Below, one piece after another: positions 20,495-29,896 of a DNA stretch of 64,000 nucleotides. Source of the stretch: Planctomycetota bacterium (GTDB lineage: Bacteria; Planctomycetota; Phycisphaerae; FEN-1346); assembly GCA_030602705.1 (NCBI GenBank), contig JAUVZF010000005.1, positions 2,663-66,662 on the forward strand. Reading direction: 5' to 3'. The notes under the pieces were generated by a model. The model had not been told where the DNA came from. It worked only from the letters and a program-made list of their open reading frames with translations, and made no database searches. Each line of letters opens with the position of its first letter. Within the stretch, counting starts at the first letter, position 1. The translations under genes were made by a program, and so were the position numbers.

Positions 20495-21901
20495 TCAACC
20501 GCCTTCGACGGACAACGGCGCAAACATCTCGTCCATCTCTCCTGCCAAATCGTCCTTGAGACTGCCGAGAACGGTCATGGAATGCGCCTTCCGATACAGG
20601 GAAACCAATTCAAGGTCGTCGTTGATGTTCGGCAGATTGATTATTCCGTGGTCCGGATGGAAGTAACTGTATTCTTCCCAGTTATCCGATCGGAGCCAGC
20701 CATTGCGCTTGCATTTGTCGTACAGATCGGTGCCTGGAAACGGGACGACAATGGAGGCAGTGCTGAACTCGAGGCCGAGGGTCTCGATCAGGTCAATGGT
20801 GGCCTCGATGTCCGCTCTCGTCTCTGTGGGGTAGCCGATCATGAAATTCCCCGTCGGCGTTATTCCAGCGTCGTTTGTCATCTGGACGGCCTTCTTTATC
20901 TGGGAAGGTTTGGTCCTCTTGCCACACTCATCCAGTATTCTCTGGCTGCCGAATTCAATTCCGTAGAATATGACTTGGCAGCCGGCTGCCTTCATTTCTT
21001 CAAGAATATCCTCCGAAACTGTGTCCACGCGGCTATCACAGTTCCAGGCAACCTTCCGGCTCAGGCCTCTTTCGATCATGCCCCGGCAAAGCGAGACGAG
21101 CCACTTCTTGTTCGCCGTGATCAGTTCATCGGTGAAGCGCACGATCCTGATCCCGTACACGTCGGCGATCTCGGCCAGTTCGTCGAGCACATTCTGCACG
21201 GACCTTCGCCGCAGGACCGGCCAGAATCGCGGAACGGAGCAGTAGTCGCAGTGGAAGGGACAACCTCTGCTGGCTGAGACCGCTGTGAACCGCCCCCGGC
21301 TCTTTCCCAACCTGGTCACGTAGAGGTGATTCGGCAACAGATCTCTTGCCGGGAAAGGCAGCGAGTCAAGGTCCTCGATAAACGGACGAGCTGGCGTAAC
21401 CACGACGTGGTCTCCGTCCTTGAACGTGAGTCCTTTCACCTTCTCGAGACTCCCGTCGCCGGAGAGCGCCCGAGCCAGTTCGACGATGGTGATCTCGCCC
21501 TCTCCCCTGACGCAGAAGTCAATGAACGGCTTCTCAATGAGTTCCCTGTGGCAGGGATGGACGTGCGCCCCTCCAAGAACGATCTTTGCTGGAGGATAGG
21601 CCGCCCTTATCTGCCTACAGGCGTCCAGGGCGCTCTTCAAGTTCGAGGTGAAAACGGTAAGGCCGACGAGGTCCGGCTGTGCCTCCGCCACCTGCTGGGC
21701 AAGTCTGTCATGGGGCATCCCGATTGATTTTGCATCCACGATCTCAACCCCGGCCCCCTGTGCCCTCAGTGCCGAGGCGAGATAAGCCAGCCCGATGGGC
21801 GGGAACTTCGAGCCGGTCCGGACCGCTTGCCGGATCACCTTTTCTTTGGTGATGTTGACCGAACGTCGTAGCGGGTCAACAAGAACGCACTTGAGGGTCA
21901 T
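20495..21901 (-). CDS. B12-binding-domain radical SAM protein.
   Basis: N-terminal cobalamin-binding Rossmann region (IGLAYLASALRAQGAGVEIVD...LVGLTVFT) followed by the radical-SAM cysteine triad SRGCPFHCDYCSVP. Confidence 0.85.
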   Translation of the reverse strand: MTLKCVLVDPLRRSVNITKEKVIRQAVRTGSKFPPIGLAYLASALRAQGAGVEIVDAKSIGMPHDRLAQQVAEAQPDLVGLTVFTSNLKSALDACRQIRAAYPPAKIVLGGAHVHPCHRELIEKPFIDFCVRGEGEITIVELARALSGDGSLEKVKGLTFKDGDHVVVTPARPFIEDLDSLPFPARDLLPNHLYVTRLGKSRGRFTAVSASRGCPFHCDYCSVPRFWPVLRRRSVQNVLDELAEIADVYGIRIVRFTDELITANKKWLVSLCRGMIERGLSRKVAWNCDSRVDTVSEDILEEMKAAGCQVIFYGIEFGSQRILDECGKRTKPSQIKKAVQMTNDAGITPTGNFMIGYPTETRADIEATIDLIETLGLEFSTASIVVPFPGTDLYDKCKRNGWLRSDNWEEYSYFHPDHGIINLPNINDDLELVSLYRKAHSMTVLGSLKDDLAGEMDEMFAPLSVEGG

Positions 21902-22080
21902 GTAGTAGTTTCCCCTTCTTCGTTCTCGGTTTCGCCTTTTTCGCCCTGCTCCTCCGGACTCGGTTCACGCTCGTCGCCGCGCGTTTCCTTGGACCCACCA
22001 AACATGCCGCCCACCATGTCGGTGATCTTGTTTGCCGTGTCGCTAACGACTCTGACCACACGCGTAACTGTGTCCATCAT
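21898..22080 (-). CDS. 60-aa peptide with a hydrophobic N-terminal half and a highly acidic C-terminal half, start-overlapping the downstream radical-SAM gene. Candidate substrate or partner peptide.
   Basis: MMDTVTRVVRVVSDTANKITDMVGGMFGGSKETRGDEREPSPEEQGEKGETENEEGETTT. Its stop overlaps the radical-SAM start. Confidence 0.35.
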   Translation of the reverse strand: MMDTVTRVVRVVSDTANKITDMVGGMFGGSKETRGDEREPSPEEQGEKGETENEEGETTT

Positions 22081-22092
22081 TGGTTCACTCCT

Positions 22093-22374
22093 TTACTGTT
22101 GTGATCGCTCCAGTTCCAACAAGAACTGCTCACCCTTCTCGGTAATCTCGTAGCCGGTTACGGTCGTTCCCCTTATATAGTCGCCCCTCCATAAAGACCG
22201 GCAAAGGATGGCGGCATACTTCGTTGAGAACCCCATCTCGGTGCCCACGGCCTCGGCCTTCACCTTTCCCAACTCATCCGCTTTCCCCAGTTCACGGATC
22301 AGTTTGAGCGCCTCTCGTTCGCTGGCCACGATTGATGCCATGTTCATGCCCTCCGAGGCCTTGGGGGCAGACAC
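22093..22374 (-). CDS. Small wHTH protein of the cluster family. Start is probably an internal Met near 22341.
   Basis: MGFSTKYAAILCRSLWRGDYIRG motif. Confidence 0.5.
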   Translation of the reverse strand: MSAPKASEGMNMASIVASEREALKLIRELGKADELGKVKAEAVGTEMGFSTKYAAILCRSLWRGDYIRGTTVTGYEITEKGEQFLLELERSQQ

Positions 22375-22408
22375 GCGAGAAACCGATTCCCGGCCGCGTC
22401 GATCAGGT

Positions 22409-22669
22409 TCATGATGCCGGCCCCGCTGTTCCAGAGAGAAGACGGTATTGGCATTTTTTTCTTTGCTTCACCGCGTCGTCTACCAGTTTGAGTATCGCAT
22501 CCTCATCTCGGCGGCGCCCCTCCTGTGCAATCCGGTTATACTTGGCGAGGGCTTCTCTGGCGCGGCCGGCCACAAGCAGTCTGCCCGCCTCCGAATAGAG
22601 CCCGACCATTCGAGCCCAGATTTCGGCAGCCGTCTCGGTCCGTCCTTCTTCAGCACCCTTCACGGTCAT
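22409..22669 (-). CDS. Small hypothetical, helical or TPR-like protein (86 aa).
   Basis: ORF only. Confidence 0.3.
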   Translation of the reverse strand: MTVKGAEEGRTETAAEIWARMVGLYSEAGRLLVAGRAREALAKYNRIAQEGRRRDEDAILKLVDDAVKQRKKCQYRLLSGTAGPAS

Positions 22670-23487
22670 GGTGCTCCCTGGTTCGCCTTATCGCCAAGCG
22701 TTTGACGTTCGTGCTGCGTTTGCGGCGCGCATGGGACAGGCTTGCACTGTTGGCTCAGCAGGTCCCGCCACAGGCCGGTTGTTTCCGGCGGAACCTCGTG
22801 CCGCGGTGATGGGTCCGCGGCCGCTGCCGGCTGCTGCTCGTGCTGCGTTTGCGGCGCGCGTGGGACAGGCTGTTGGCTCAGCAGGTCCCGCCACGGTCCG
22901 GTTGTTATTTCCGGCGGAACCTCGCGCCCCGGTGATGGGCCCGCGGCTGCTGCCGGCGTCTGCTCCTCGCCTATTCCACGAAGATGTCGCACGAACCCCC
23001 TCATCTGCTCCCTGCGCCTGGCCGACTGCTCCCGCCAGGCCTCTCGCTGCTTCGCGGTCTCTTCCTTATGCTTTCTAATGAGCGCGCGCATATCTTGCCG
23101 CCTAGTCGTCCCCTTTCCCGAAGGCGGCGGCTGGTGCTTGGGGCGAGAGGGCCGCGCCACCACCTTGTCCGGCCCAACCTCGGGCTGTTTATTGGCAGCC
23201 GCGGATATCCATTTCGCGTATTTTTCATCCGCCGACAAACGAGGCCCCTGCCGTTGTTCTTCGCGCTGCTTCTTGCCGATCGCTCCCATTCCTAAGTCCG
23301 TGATCCTGACCCTTCCCGCGGCGGACACGTCAAGGAAACCCCTCCTGCCCACTGAGGCCAGCACCGTTCTGGCATAATCGACGCGCCATCCCATGTGGTT
23401 GGCGATCCGCACCTCGTGAAGTTCGCCGTCGCCCTCTTCCAGCAGAAACTCCATGATCTCCTTCTCATCAGGAGTAGGCATGCTCAC
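22666..23487 (-). CDS. N-terminal wHTH protein with a long disordered tail containing a ~125-bp tandem duplication.
   Basis: N-terminus ...HMGWRVDYARTVLASVGRRGFLDV. The repeated peptide PSPxxEVPPExTTGxWRDLLSQQ occurs twice, and the DNA repeat lies at about 22680-22930. Confidence 0.5.
   Translation of the reverse strand: MSMPTPDEKEIMEFLLEEGDGELHEVRIANHMGWRVDYARTVLASVGRRGFLDVSAAGRVRITDLGMGAIGKKQREEQRQGPRLSADEKYAKWISAAANKQPEVGPDKVVARPSRPKHQPPPSGKGTTRRQDMRALIRKHKEETAKQREAWREQSARRREQMRGFVRHLRGIGEEQTPAAAAGPSPGREVPPEITTGPWRDLLSQQPVPRAPQTQHEQQPAAAADPSPRHEVPPETTGLWRDLLSQQCKPVPCAPQTQHERQTLGDKANQGAP
22680..22930. repeat. Tandem direct repeat (2 units, ~125 bp, ~90% identical) within the coding sequence.
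   Basis: gttcgtgctgcgtttgcggcgcgc(a/g)tgggacaggc...ccggcggaacctcg is repeated. Confidence 0.6.
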
Positions 23488-23867
23488 GCTCCGTCTGCCG
23501 ACGGGGCGTTACGCTCTCCCCGCCTTGGGTTCCTCTTGCGAAGATGCGCGACAAGGTCCCTCCCCTCCCGGCGAATCCACTTGATTTCCGACCTGGACCT
23601 GCCTCGTATCTCATGGATGTCGTCCTTGCATCGTGCGCGGAGTTCCTTTACGGCTTCTCGTCTCTGTTGCTTGTTCACCTCGCACAGCGCCTTACGTGCC
23701 TCACGGCCCGCTTGCCAGTCCTGCATCCAGGTCGCGACGTCGCCACGACGGTACCGGCGTTCATCCGCCGCGGTCCGTCGGGTCTTGCGGTTTGACTCAC
23801 TGAGTCGCTGGCGTAACTCTTGGCAGTCGTGCCGCCGGGCGCCCGCATTGAAAGCGCTTACCCCCAT
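23484..23867 (-). CDS. Hypothetical basic protein (127 aa).
   Basis: ORF only; highly Arg-rich. Confidence 0.35.
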   Translation of the reverse strand: MGVSAFNAGARRHDCQELRQRLSESNRKTRRTAADERRYRRGDVATWMQDWQAGREARKALCEVNKQQRREAVKELRARCKDDIHEIRGRSRSEIKWIRREGRDLVAHLRKRNPRRGERNAPSADGA

Positions 23868-23875
23868 GGATCACT

Positions 23876-24301
23876 TCACCCCCTTTTCACGGAGCGCTGG
23901 GGGGCTACTTGCTGTTGGTTTCGCCTAACCCCGCGCCTGCTCTTCTCCGTTTTCGATTTCGTCTGCCGCCTCTTGTCCTTGACCTTCCGGGGGACGAAGC
24001 CTTCGCCCTGACAGTGCAGGCAAACAAGATTCTTATCAGTGCCGGCGCCTGTCCCGCCACAGACCTGACAGGTGTCGTAAGGCTTGTCCACGTACACGCT
24101 CTTACGGCCGTGGCAAACCGGGCATTCCGCCAAAGACGGCACGCCGTAGAAGTGCCCCAATCCGGTGCCTTTGCAGAATGCGCAAGGAAGTTTTGCCAGT
24201 TCCCGCACGGCTTCATGAGCGCCCCGCTTTCTCCCCTTCCCAGGCGCCTCGTTCGCAGCATTCTTTCGGACGTGTTTCGTTTTCACTGCTGTTCTTGCCA
24301 T
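23876..24301 (-). CDS. DnaJ-type zinc-finger repeat protein (paralog).
   Basis: Start at MARTAVKTKH. Repeats CAFCKGTGLG, CPVCHGRKS, CQVCGGTGAG, CLHCQGEGF, with a basic C-terminal tail. Confidence 0.6.
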   Translation of the reverse strand: MARTAVKTKHVRKNAANEAPGKGRKRGAHEAVRELAKLPCAFCKGTGLGHFYGVPSLAECPVCHGRKSVYVDKPYDTCQVCGGTGAGTDKNLVCLHCQGEGFVPRKVKDKRRQTKSKTEKSRRGVRRNQQQVAPQRSVKRG

Positions 24302-24459
24302 TTGCGTGATTTCCTCTCGCTCATTGAGCCGGACACTTGACGGGCATCCCATGCCGCATGCCCCGCCATGTAAGGGACACGCCACGCCTTGGCGCGCCCG
24401 ATGCCGAAGCCCTCAGGCTCGGCGACTGCACCGGTTCGCCGATAACCTCCCTCGCCGTC

Positions 24460-24684
24460 TCACTTGCGGAACTTGCCCGCCACGTCTTTCCCCGTGGGAG
24501 TCAAGCCGAATCGGTGCGACTCCGGCTGTTGTGCTATACAACCGGTTCGGAGCAGCCTCCGACAAATGAGTCGCGCATAACGAGGCTCGATATTCAGCCT
24601 CTTGGCCAGCGCAAATGCGGTGCAGTCGCCTGCATCGGCAATACTCTGGAGTACTTCCCGTTCAACCCCAACGACGCTAACCAT
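24460..24684 (-). CDS. Small wHTH protein of the cluster family.
   Basis: LAKRLNIEPRYARLICRRLLRTGCI. Confidence 0.5.
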   Translation of the reverse strand: MVSVVGVEREVLQSIADAGDCTAFALAKRLNIEPRYARLICRRLLRTGCIAQQPESHRFGLTPTGKDVAGKFRK

Positions 24685-24736
24685 ATTTTCACCCTCCTCC
24701 CTTCAGCCCAGGGCGTCCCCCGACGCGTCGCCGCTC

Positions 24737-24946
24737 CTACTCGCTGCCGGAGAACACGTGCTCAGCCTTGCTCAAAGGTACGTAGTGATAGCCAACCTTG
24801 CGCAGTTTTTTCTTGCGGATGAGGATGTTGCACAGTTGTTCGGCGTAACCGCTGGTTAGGCTTAGCAACTGACCGATTTTCCGCGGCGTTGCTTTCTCGC
24901 CCAAGGTTGCAACAGCATCCATCACGTCCTTCTCCCTTCCGGTCAT
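24737..24946 (-). CDS. Small wHTH protein of the cluster family.
   Basis: Start at MTGREKDV, preceded by AAGGAGGTG. Motif LTSGYAEQLCNILIRKKKL. Confidence 0.55.
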   Translation of the reverse strand: MTGREKDVMDAVATLGEKATPRKIGQLLSLTSGYAEQLCNILIRKKKLRKVGYHYVPLSKAEHVFSGSE

Positions 24947-25018
24947 CGCAGCCACCTCCTTATCTGTAGCCTGTCTGCTCTTGTCCGACAACGCGCCGGG
25001 CAGAACTCCGAGGCCAAT

Positions 25019-25933
25019 CTACTGCCTTCCCATATCCTTCGCGAACACTCCGCGGCAGCACGGGGCGCCGTCGGGGACGGTTGCGCTGAACGAGAAACCG
25101 ATCGCCGGGTTGATGGCGCGTGCGGCGCAGTCCATGTGTTCGGCACATGAGACCGAACACGGTATCCACCCCGGCGAGGCGTCCAAGCCCATGCTTCGTA
25201 TGACGCTGTGCCGCCAGCAGGCGAGGACTTGTATGGTGCAGCGGTCGGCGGTTTGCTCGCCGAGCGTCACTTGCTGTGCGCCGGTAACGGCGGCCATGGC
25301 GCCAACGGTTCTGGCGATGGCAGAGGGTCCATCTCCGTGGATGCCGACTTTTTGCTTGAACCGCCGATAATTCGCTGCGACATCCTGGAGTGCCCCCTGC
25401 CGGATTTCGTGGAGGAAGTGCCAGGAAACGCCCTTCTGGACGTAACCCAGTTCCACCTTGCAGGTTTCGACGAGCGACTTGACCACGTAAATGACCCTGA
25501 TCCACTCCTTGCCGGCCAGTTCGAACTTGGCCCTGGTTGAGAGCCTCTTGACCAGCCGCTCGATTGAGTCGAAGGTTATGCCCTCGAACTCCGGCACAAG
25601 CCTTTCGAGTTTGTGTTGCGCCTGAAGGACGCGGGCCACGGCCTCCTTGTGCTTTCCCTGACCCTGGAGGACCTGCCCAAGCGTAACGTCGGGAAACGCG
25701 TCATCCGGCGCCGCTTCGACGGCCCTGTTCGCGTAGGAGGCGGCCCGGTCGATCCGGCCGCCCTTAAGGCATGCGTCCGCCAGATTGTTGAGCAGGGCCA
25801 CGTCGTTCGGGTTCTGCGCGAGGCCCTTCTTGTAGAAAGAGATCGCCTCCGCATAGAGCCCCTTCGTAGCGCTTCGGCGTCCTATGCGGAGCGCTTCGCT
25901 GGAACGGATTGCCTGTGCGCTATGGACGGTCAT
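25019..25933 (-). CDS. TPR-repeat protein with a C-terminal cysteine-containing domain of unknown function.
   Basis: N-terminal TPR-like repeats (YAEAISFYKKGLAQNPNDVALLNNLADACLKGGRIDRAASYANRAVEAAP). Confidence 0.55.
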   Translation of the reverse strand: MTVHSAQAIRSSEALRIGRRSATKGLYAEAISFYKKGLAQNPNDVALLNNLADACLKGGRIDRAASYANRAVEAAPDDAFPDVTLGQVLQGQGKHKEAVARVLQAQHKLERLVPEFEGITFDSIERLVKRLSTRAKFELAGKEWIRVIYVVKSLVETCKVELGYVQKGVSWHFLHEIRQGALQDVAANYRRFKQKVGIHGDGPSAIARTVGAMAAVTGAQQVTLGEQTADRCTIQVLACWRHSVIRSMGLDASPGWIPCSVSCAEHMDCAARAINPAIGFSFSATVPDGAPCCRGVFAKDMGRQ

Positions 25934-25949
25934 CGATCCATCTCCTCGG

Positions 25950-27308
25950 TCAAGCGAACTGCCGCAGTTGCTCCCTGAACTGGAATTCCAGGCCGGCCCT
26001 CTCGTATAGTTCGCGCAGTTGGGTATCCGTAATATGTTCGAGTTTGATAACGCCCTGCTTCAACTGGTAAGAGTAATACCGCCAGTCCGAGGTCCTCAGC
26101 AGGTTGTGCTCTTTGCAGTAATCGTAGAGCGGGGTGCCGGGGAAAGGAGTTACGATCGAGAAGCCGGCACTATCCAGACCGTGATCGATGGCAAGTTCCT
26201 TGGCGAAGTTGATGGTGTCCTCGACCGTTTCGACGGTTTCGGTCGGATACCCCATCATGAAGTAGCCGTAGGAGGAGATGCCGCTCTTTGCAGTCATTTC
26301 TACGGTCCGGCGAACCTGCTCTGTCGTGAACCCCTTCTTGCAAAGGTCCAGTATCCTCTGATTTCCGAACTCAATCCCGTAGAAGACCACCCGACAGTTG
26401 GCCTGGCTCATGGCGGCCAAGAGTTCCTCCGACATCAGGCCGACCCTGCCGTCGCAGGCCCAGGCGAGGTCCTGGAGGCCCCTGCGGACCATTCCCTCGC
26501 ACAGCGCCATTGCCCACCGGCGGTTCGCAAGGAGGAGGTCATCGAGGAAGCGGACATACGTAACGCCAAGGTTGTTGCGGATCTGTTCGAGTTCATCGAG
26601 CACGTCGTCCACCGACCGTCTCCGTTGCCGTCTGCCCCAAATGGCCGGCGCGTCGCAGAACGCGCAGCAATACGGACAGCCCCGAGACGCGAGCACCGGG
26701 CTGAAGGGGACGCCACCGGTCCACGAGCCTGTGTAGGCGGGATGCCGCAACAGATCGCGAGCCGGAAGCGGCAACGTATCCAAGTCCTGAACGAACGGCC
26801 TGTCGGGCGTTACATGGACCTGGCCGTCGCGCCTAAAAGTGATACCTGCCACATCGGCCGGGTTTGTGCCGTCCCGCAGCGCTCTGAGCAACTCGACGGC
26901 TGTCAGTTCGCCCTCGCCTCTTACGCAGAAGTCGACCGCGTCGTGCTCAATAACCGCCCGATGCTCAAAATGGACGTGCGGCCCCCCAAGGATCACCGTC
27001 GTTTCGGGGTCGAGGCGCTTTACTGCGGCCGCGATACGCACAGCACTGTGGATTCTGGCGGTGATCGCCGTTATACCGACGACTTCGGGGCGTTCTCTCT
27101 CCACCTCAGCCAGCACGTCGTCGCTTGACAGGCGCAGGGCTCTGGACTCGACTATTCCAGAATCGACACCGTGGGCCCGCAGTGCTGCGGCGATGTACAG
27201 AAGGCCGAGAGGCGGATATGCCTCGTGCATTTCGGTGGCGATCTCCTGATCGCCCCCGCAGGAGCCAGCGAACAACTCGTCCGGCGGGTCTATAAGGAGG
27301 CATTTCAT
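25950..27308 (-). CDS. B12-binding-domain radical SAM protein (second paralog).
   Basis: Cobalamin-binding N-terminal region plus radical-SAM cysteine triad SRGCPYCCAFCDAP. Same overall layout as 20495..21901. Confidence 0.85.
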   Translation of the reverse strand: MKCLLIDPPDELFAGSCGGDQEIATEMHEAYPPLGLLYIAAALRAHGVDSGIVESRALRLSSDDVLAEVERERPEVVGITAITARIHSAVRIAAAVKRLDPETTVILGGPHVHFEHRAVIEHDAVDFCVRGEGELTAVELLRALRDGTNPADVAGITFRRDGQVHVTPDRPFVQDLDTLPLPARDLLRHPAYTGSWTGGVPFSPVLASRGCPYCCAFCDAPAIWGRRQRRRSVDDVLDELEQIRNNLGVTYVRFLDDLLLANRRWAMALCEGMVRRGLQDLAWACDGRVGLMSEELLAAMSQANCRVVFYGIEFGNQRILDLCKKGFTTEQVRRTVEMTAKSGISSYGYFMMGYPTETVETVEDTINFAKELAIDHGLDSAGFSIVTPFPGTPLYDYCKEHNLLRTSDWRYYSYQLKQGVIKLEHITDTQLRELYERAGLEFQFREQLRQFA

Positions 27309-27778
27309 GTGGTCAGTCGCTTCCTCGGTGGTGTCCGTGCAGGGCGAGGGCCGGGCTTCGGCTGAAGTTCTCCGCCGCCAGGCTCCGCCTCGGCGCCGTC
27401 CACCGTCCGAATGAGGGCCTGCAACCGGTCCCGCCAGGACTCGAGGTCATCGATGCGCAGGTGGATGGTGCTTTCGCCGTGTGCGGTTGCCCGCCGCACG
27501 GCCAGTTGCGGGCACGTCTTCTTGGAGATCCAGCGGCGCTCGACGATCTCGACGCCGAGAACGGCTTCGGCCGGCAGTTCCCACAACTTGTTCGGGCCCT
27601 GGTAGAACAACAGGCGCGTCGGAGCCTGGTAGAGATACCCGGGTTTCCAGGACGGAAACATCTTGTTGCCGCCGTCCCACGAGGCCTGCTCGCGCCGGGT
27701 GTACCTCTCGCCGTCTATCACCGGCGGGCCGAGCGACTCGCGGTGCCTTTCCAGGGCGCTTTTGAGAATGCCGCGCAT
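27305..27778 (-). CDS. Hypothetical protein (157 aa), start-coupled to the radical-SAM gene.
   Basis: Its stop overlaps the radical-SAM start (ATGA). No recognisable motif. Confidence 0.45.
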   Translation of the reverse strand: MRGILKSALERHRESLGPPVIDGERYTRREQASWDGGNKMFPSWKPGYLYQAPTRLLFYQGPNKLWELPAEAVLGVEIVERRWISKKTCPQLAVRRATAHGESTIHLRIDDLESWRDRLQALIRTVDGAEAEPGGGELQPKPGPRPARTPPRKRLTT

Positions 27779-27851
27779 CAGCCGCGTTCCTTCACACGTC
27801 TTGCCCAGTCAGCGCGTACGGCTCTACGCCCAAGGTGTCCTTGAGCGGGTC

Positions 27852-29627
27852 TCATTGCGCGCTCTCGACACTTTCGGGAATGCCGGCTCGCCGCGCGCCG
27901 GCTCCCGCACGTTCGGCGGCCTGGATTGCTGCCACCGCCTTGTCGGTCTCGGCTGCGAGGCGTTCGATGTCGCCGTCCGCGAGCAGCGTTTCGAGTGTAG
28001 CGTGTGCCTGTTGGATATCGGCCACACGCTCGTCCGGCAACTGCTCGCCGGCGTCGCCGGTTCCCGCCAGGATGGCGGCGCTTTCGCTGAGCGCGTTGCG
28101 CGCACGGGTGCGTGCCTCGAATTCGCGACGGCGCCGCCTGTCTTCGGCGTAGAACGCCTCGGCTTCTCTGAGCCGCGCCCGCACGTCCGCCTCTCCAAGG
28201 AGGGCGTCGCTGCGGATCTCGATGCTGCTGCACTCGTCGGTCCGCAGGTCTTCCGCCTCGACCCGAACAACGCCGTCGGCATCGACGAAGAACGTCACTT
28301 CGACGCGGCCTCGCCCGCGTTCGAGCGGGTGGATGTCGAGGTTGAAACTACCGAGCGAGACGTTCTCGCCGGCCACCTCGCGTTCGCCCTGAAGCACCTC
28401 GATGTTCATCGATTGCTGTCCGTCGGCGGCGTTGGTGAACAACCGGTTTGCGGAACAGGGAATCGTAGTATTGCGGCGGATGAGCCGCGAGAACAGCCTG
28501 CCCTCGGTCTTGATTCCCAGCGACAGTGGAATGACATCGACCAGGACGGCCCTTCGCGGCAGCCCCGACAGCATGCCCGCCTGCACCGCGGCCCCGATTG
28601 CCACAACCTCGTCGGGGTTGACCTTTGTGTAGGGTTCCTGTCGAAACATCTCCCGGACCAGCGCCCGCACGGCGGGCATGCGCGTTGAGCCGCCGACCAA
28701 CACCACGCGGTCGATCTGATCGACCTCCAGGCGAGCGTCCTTGAGGGCTTGGCGGGTCGGCCCGACCATGCGGCCGAGGAGGTGCCTGGTGGCCGCCTCG
28801 AATTCAGCGCGCCTCACGCGCGATTGCAGTTCGTGATGCCGGTCCGTCTCGGCGGAGGCGACCGTCAGAGAGACGAATGCCTCGGCGTGGTCGGAGAGGT
28901 CGCGTTTGGCCTTCTCGGCGGCGTCCAGGGCTCGGCGCCTCAGTCTCCGGTCTGCCAAGACATCAAAGCCGGACTGCCGGCGGAACCGTTCCGCCAGGAG
29001 CATGAGCATGACCTCATCCCAATCATCTCCGCCCAGATGGTTGTCGCCGTTGACCGCCTTGACCTCGAACAGGCCGTCACCGAGTTCCAGGATCGAGACG
29101 TCGAACGTGCCGCCGCCCAGGTCCCAGATCAAGACGGTTTGGAGGTCCTCCCGGTCGAGGCCGTAAGCCAGTGCTGCGGCCGTAGGCTCGTTGATGACGC
29201 GCAGGACCTGGAGTCCGGCCAGCCGCCCCGCCTCGAGAGTTGCCTGACGCTGCGTATGGGTGAAGTACGCGGGTACGGTGATGACGGCGCGGCGGATTTC
29301 GGTGCCGAGCCGGGCGGCGGCCCGGGCCTTGACACCTTCCAGTATGCGGGCAGAGACTTCCTGGGGTGTCATCCGGCGTCCGCCCAGAGAGACGACATGG
29401 GCCGTGCCCATGCGTCTCTTGATCGAGAAGACGGCGTCGTCCGGCTCCGCTTCGGCGCGGGCGCGGGCCGGGGCGCCGGCGAGCACTCTGCCGCCGGCAT
29501 CGACTGCGACGACGGACGGCAACAGCCGCTCGCCGGCAGCGTCTGTGATGACCTCCGCGCGCCGGCCGTCGTAGAGTGCCGCGACGGAGAACGTTGTCCC
29601 CAGGTCGATGCCGATGGCCTCATGCAC
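27852..29627 (-). CDS. Hsp70-family chaperone (DnaK-like), about 590 aa.
   Basis: IGIDLGTTFSVAAL, AVITVPAYFTHTQRQAT, VLIWDLGGGTFDVSIL. Start taken at the GTG (VHEAIGIDLG) at 29627, 6 nt after a perfect AAGGAGG; the listed upstream extension overlaps gvpJ. Confidence 0.85.
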   Translation of the reverse strand: MHEAIGIDLGTTFSVAALYDGRRAEVITDAAGERLLPSVVAVDAGGRVLAGAPARARAEAEPDDAVFSIKRRMGTAHVVSLGGRRMTPQEVSARILEGVKARAAARLGTEIRRAVITVPAYFTHTQRQATLEAGRLAGLQVLRVINEPTAAALAYGLDREDLQTVLIWDLGGGTFDVSILELGDGLFEVKAVNGDNHLGGDDWDEVMLMLLAERFRRQSGFDVLADRRLRRRALDAAEKAKRDLSDHAEAFVSLTVASAETDRHHELQSRVRRAEFEAATRHLLGRMVGPTRQALKDARLEVDQIDRVVLVGGSTRMPAVRALVREMFRQEPYTKVNPDEVVAIGAAVQAGMLSGLPRRAVLVDVIPLSLGIKTEGRLFSRLIRRNTTIPCSANRLFTNAADGQQSMNIEVLQGEREVAGENVSLGSFNLDIHPLERGRGRVEVTFFVDADGVVRVEAEDLRTDECSSIEIRSDALLGEADVRARLREAEAFYAEDRRRRREFEARTRARNALSESAAILAGTGDAGEQLPDERVADIQQAHATLETLLADGDIERLAAETDKAVAAIQAAERAGAGARRAGIPESVESAQ

Positions 29628-29880
29628 GGATGGCCTCCTTCGGCTCCGGTGTTCTGCGGGCGCGTTCCCATGCGCGGATGTTCTCATCCCACTGGGTGAA
29701 TATGCCGTAGTTGAGCATGGTTTCCATGCCGGCCAGGGCCGCCCGCAGTTTCACGCCCAGCAGCGGAATGCCCGCCACCGAAATGACGACGTCGGCGTCG
29801 ATGATCAGTCCCTTTTCCAGGACGCGATCCAGCAGATCGACGAGTGTCGCTTTCGCCGCGAATTCGGGAACGTCGTTCAT
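29620..29880 (-). CDS. Gas vesicle protein of the GvpA/J/M family (GvpJ-like).
   Basis: ATLVDLLDRVLEKGLIIDADVVISVAGIPLLGVKLRAALAGMETMLNYG matches the GvpA-family core LxDxLDRxLDKGxVIxAD...GIELL. Confidence 0.8.
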   Translation of the reverse strand: MNDVPEFAAKATLVDLLDRVLEKGLIIDADVVISVAGIPLLGVKLRAALAGMETMLNYGIFTQWDENIRAWERARRTPEPKEAIRA

Positions 29881-29896
29881 CTCGAATTACCCCAGG

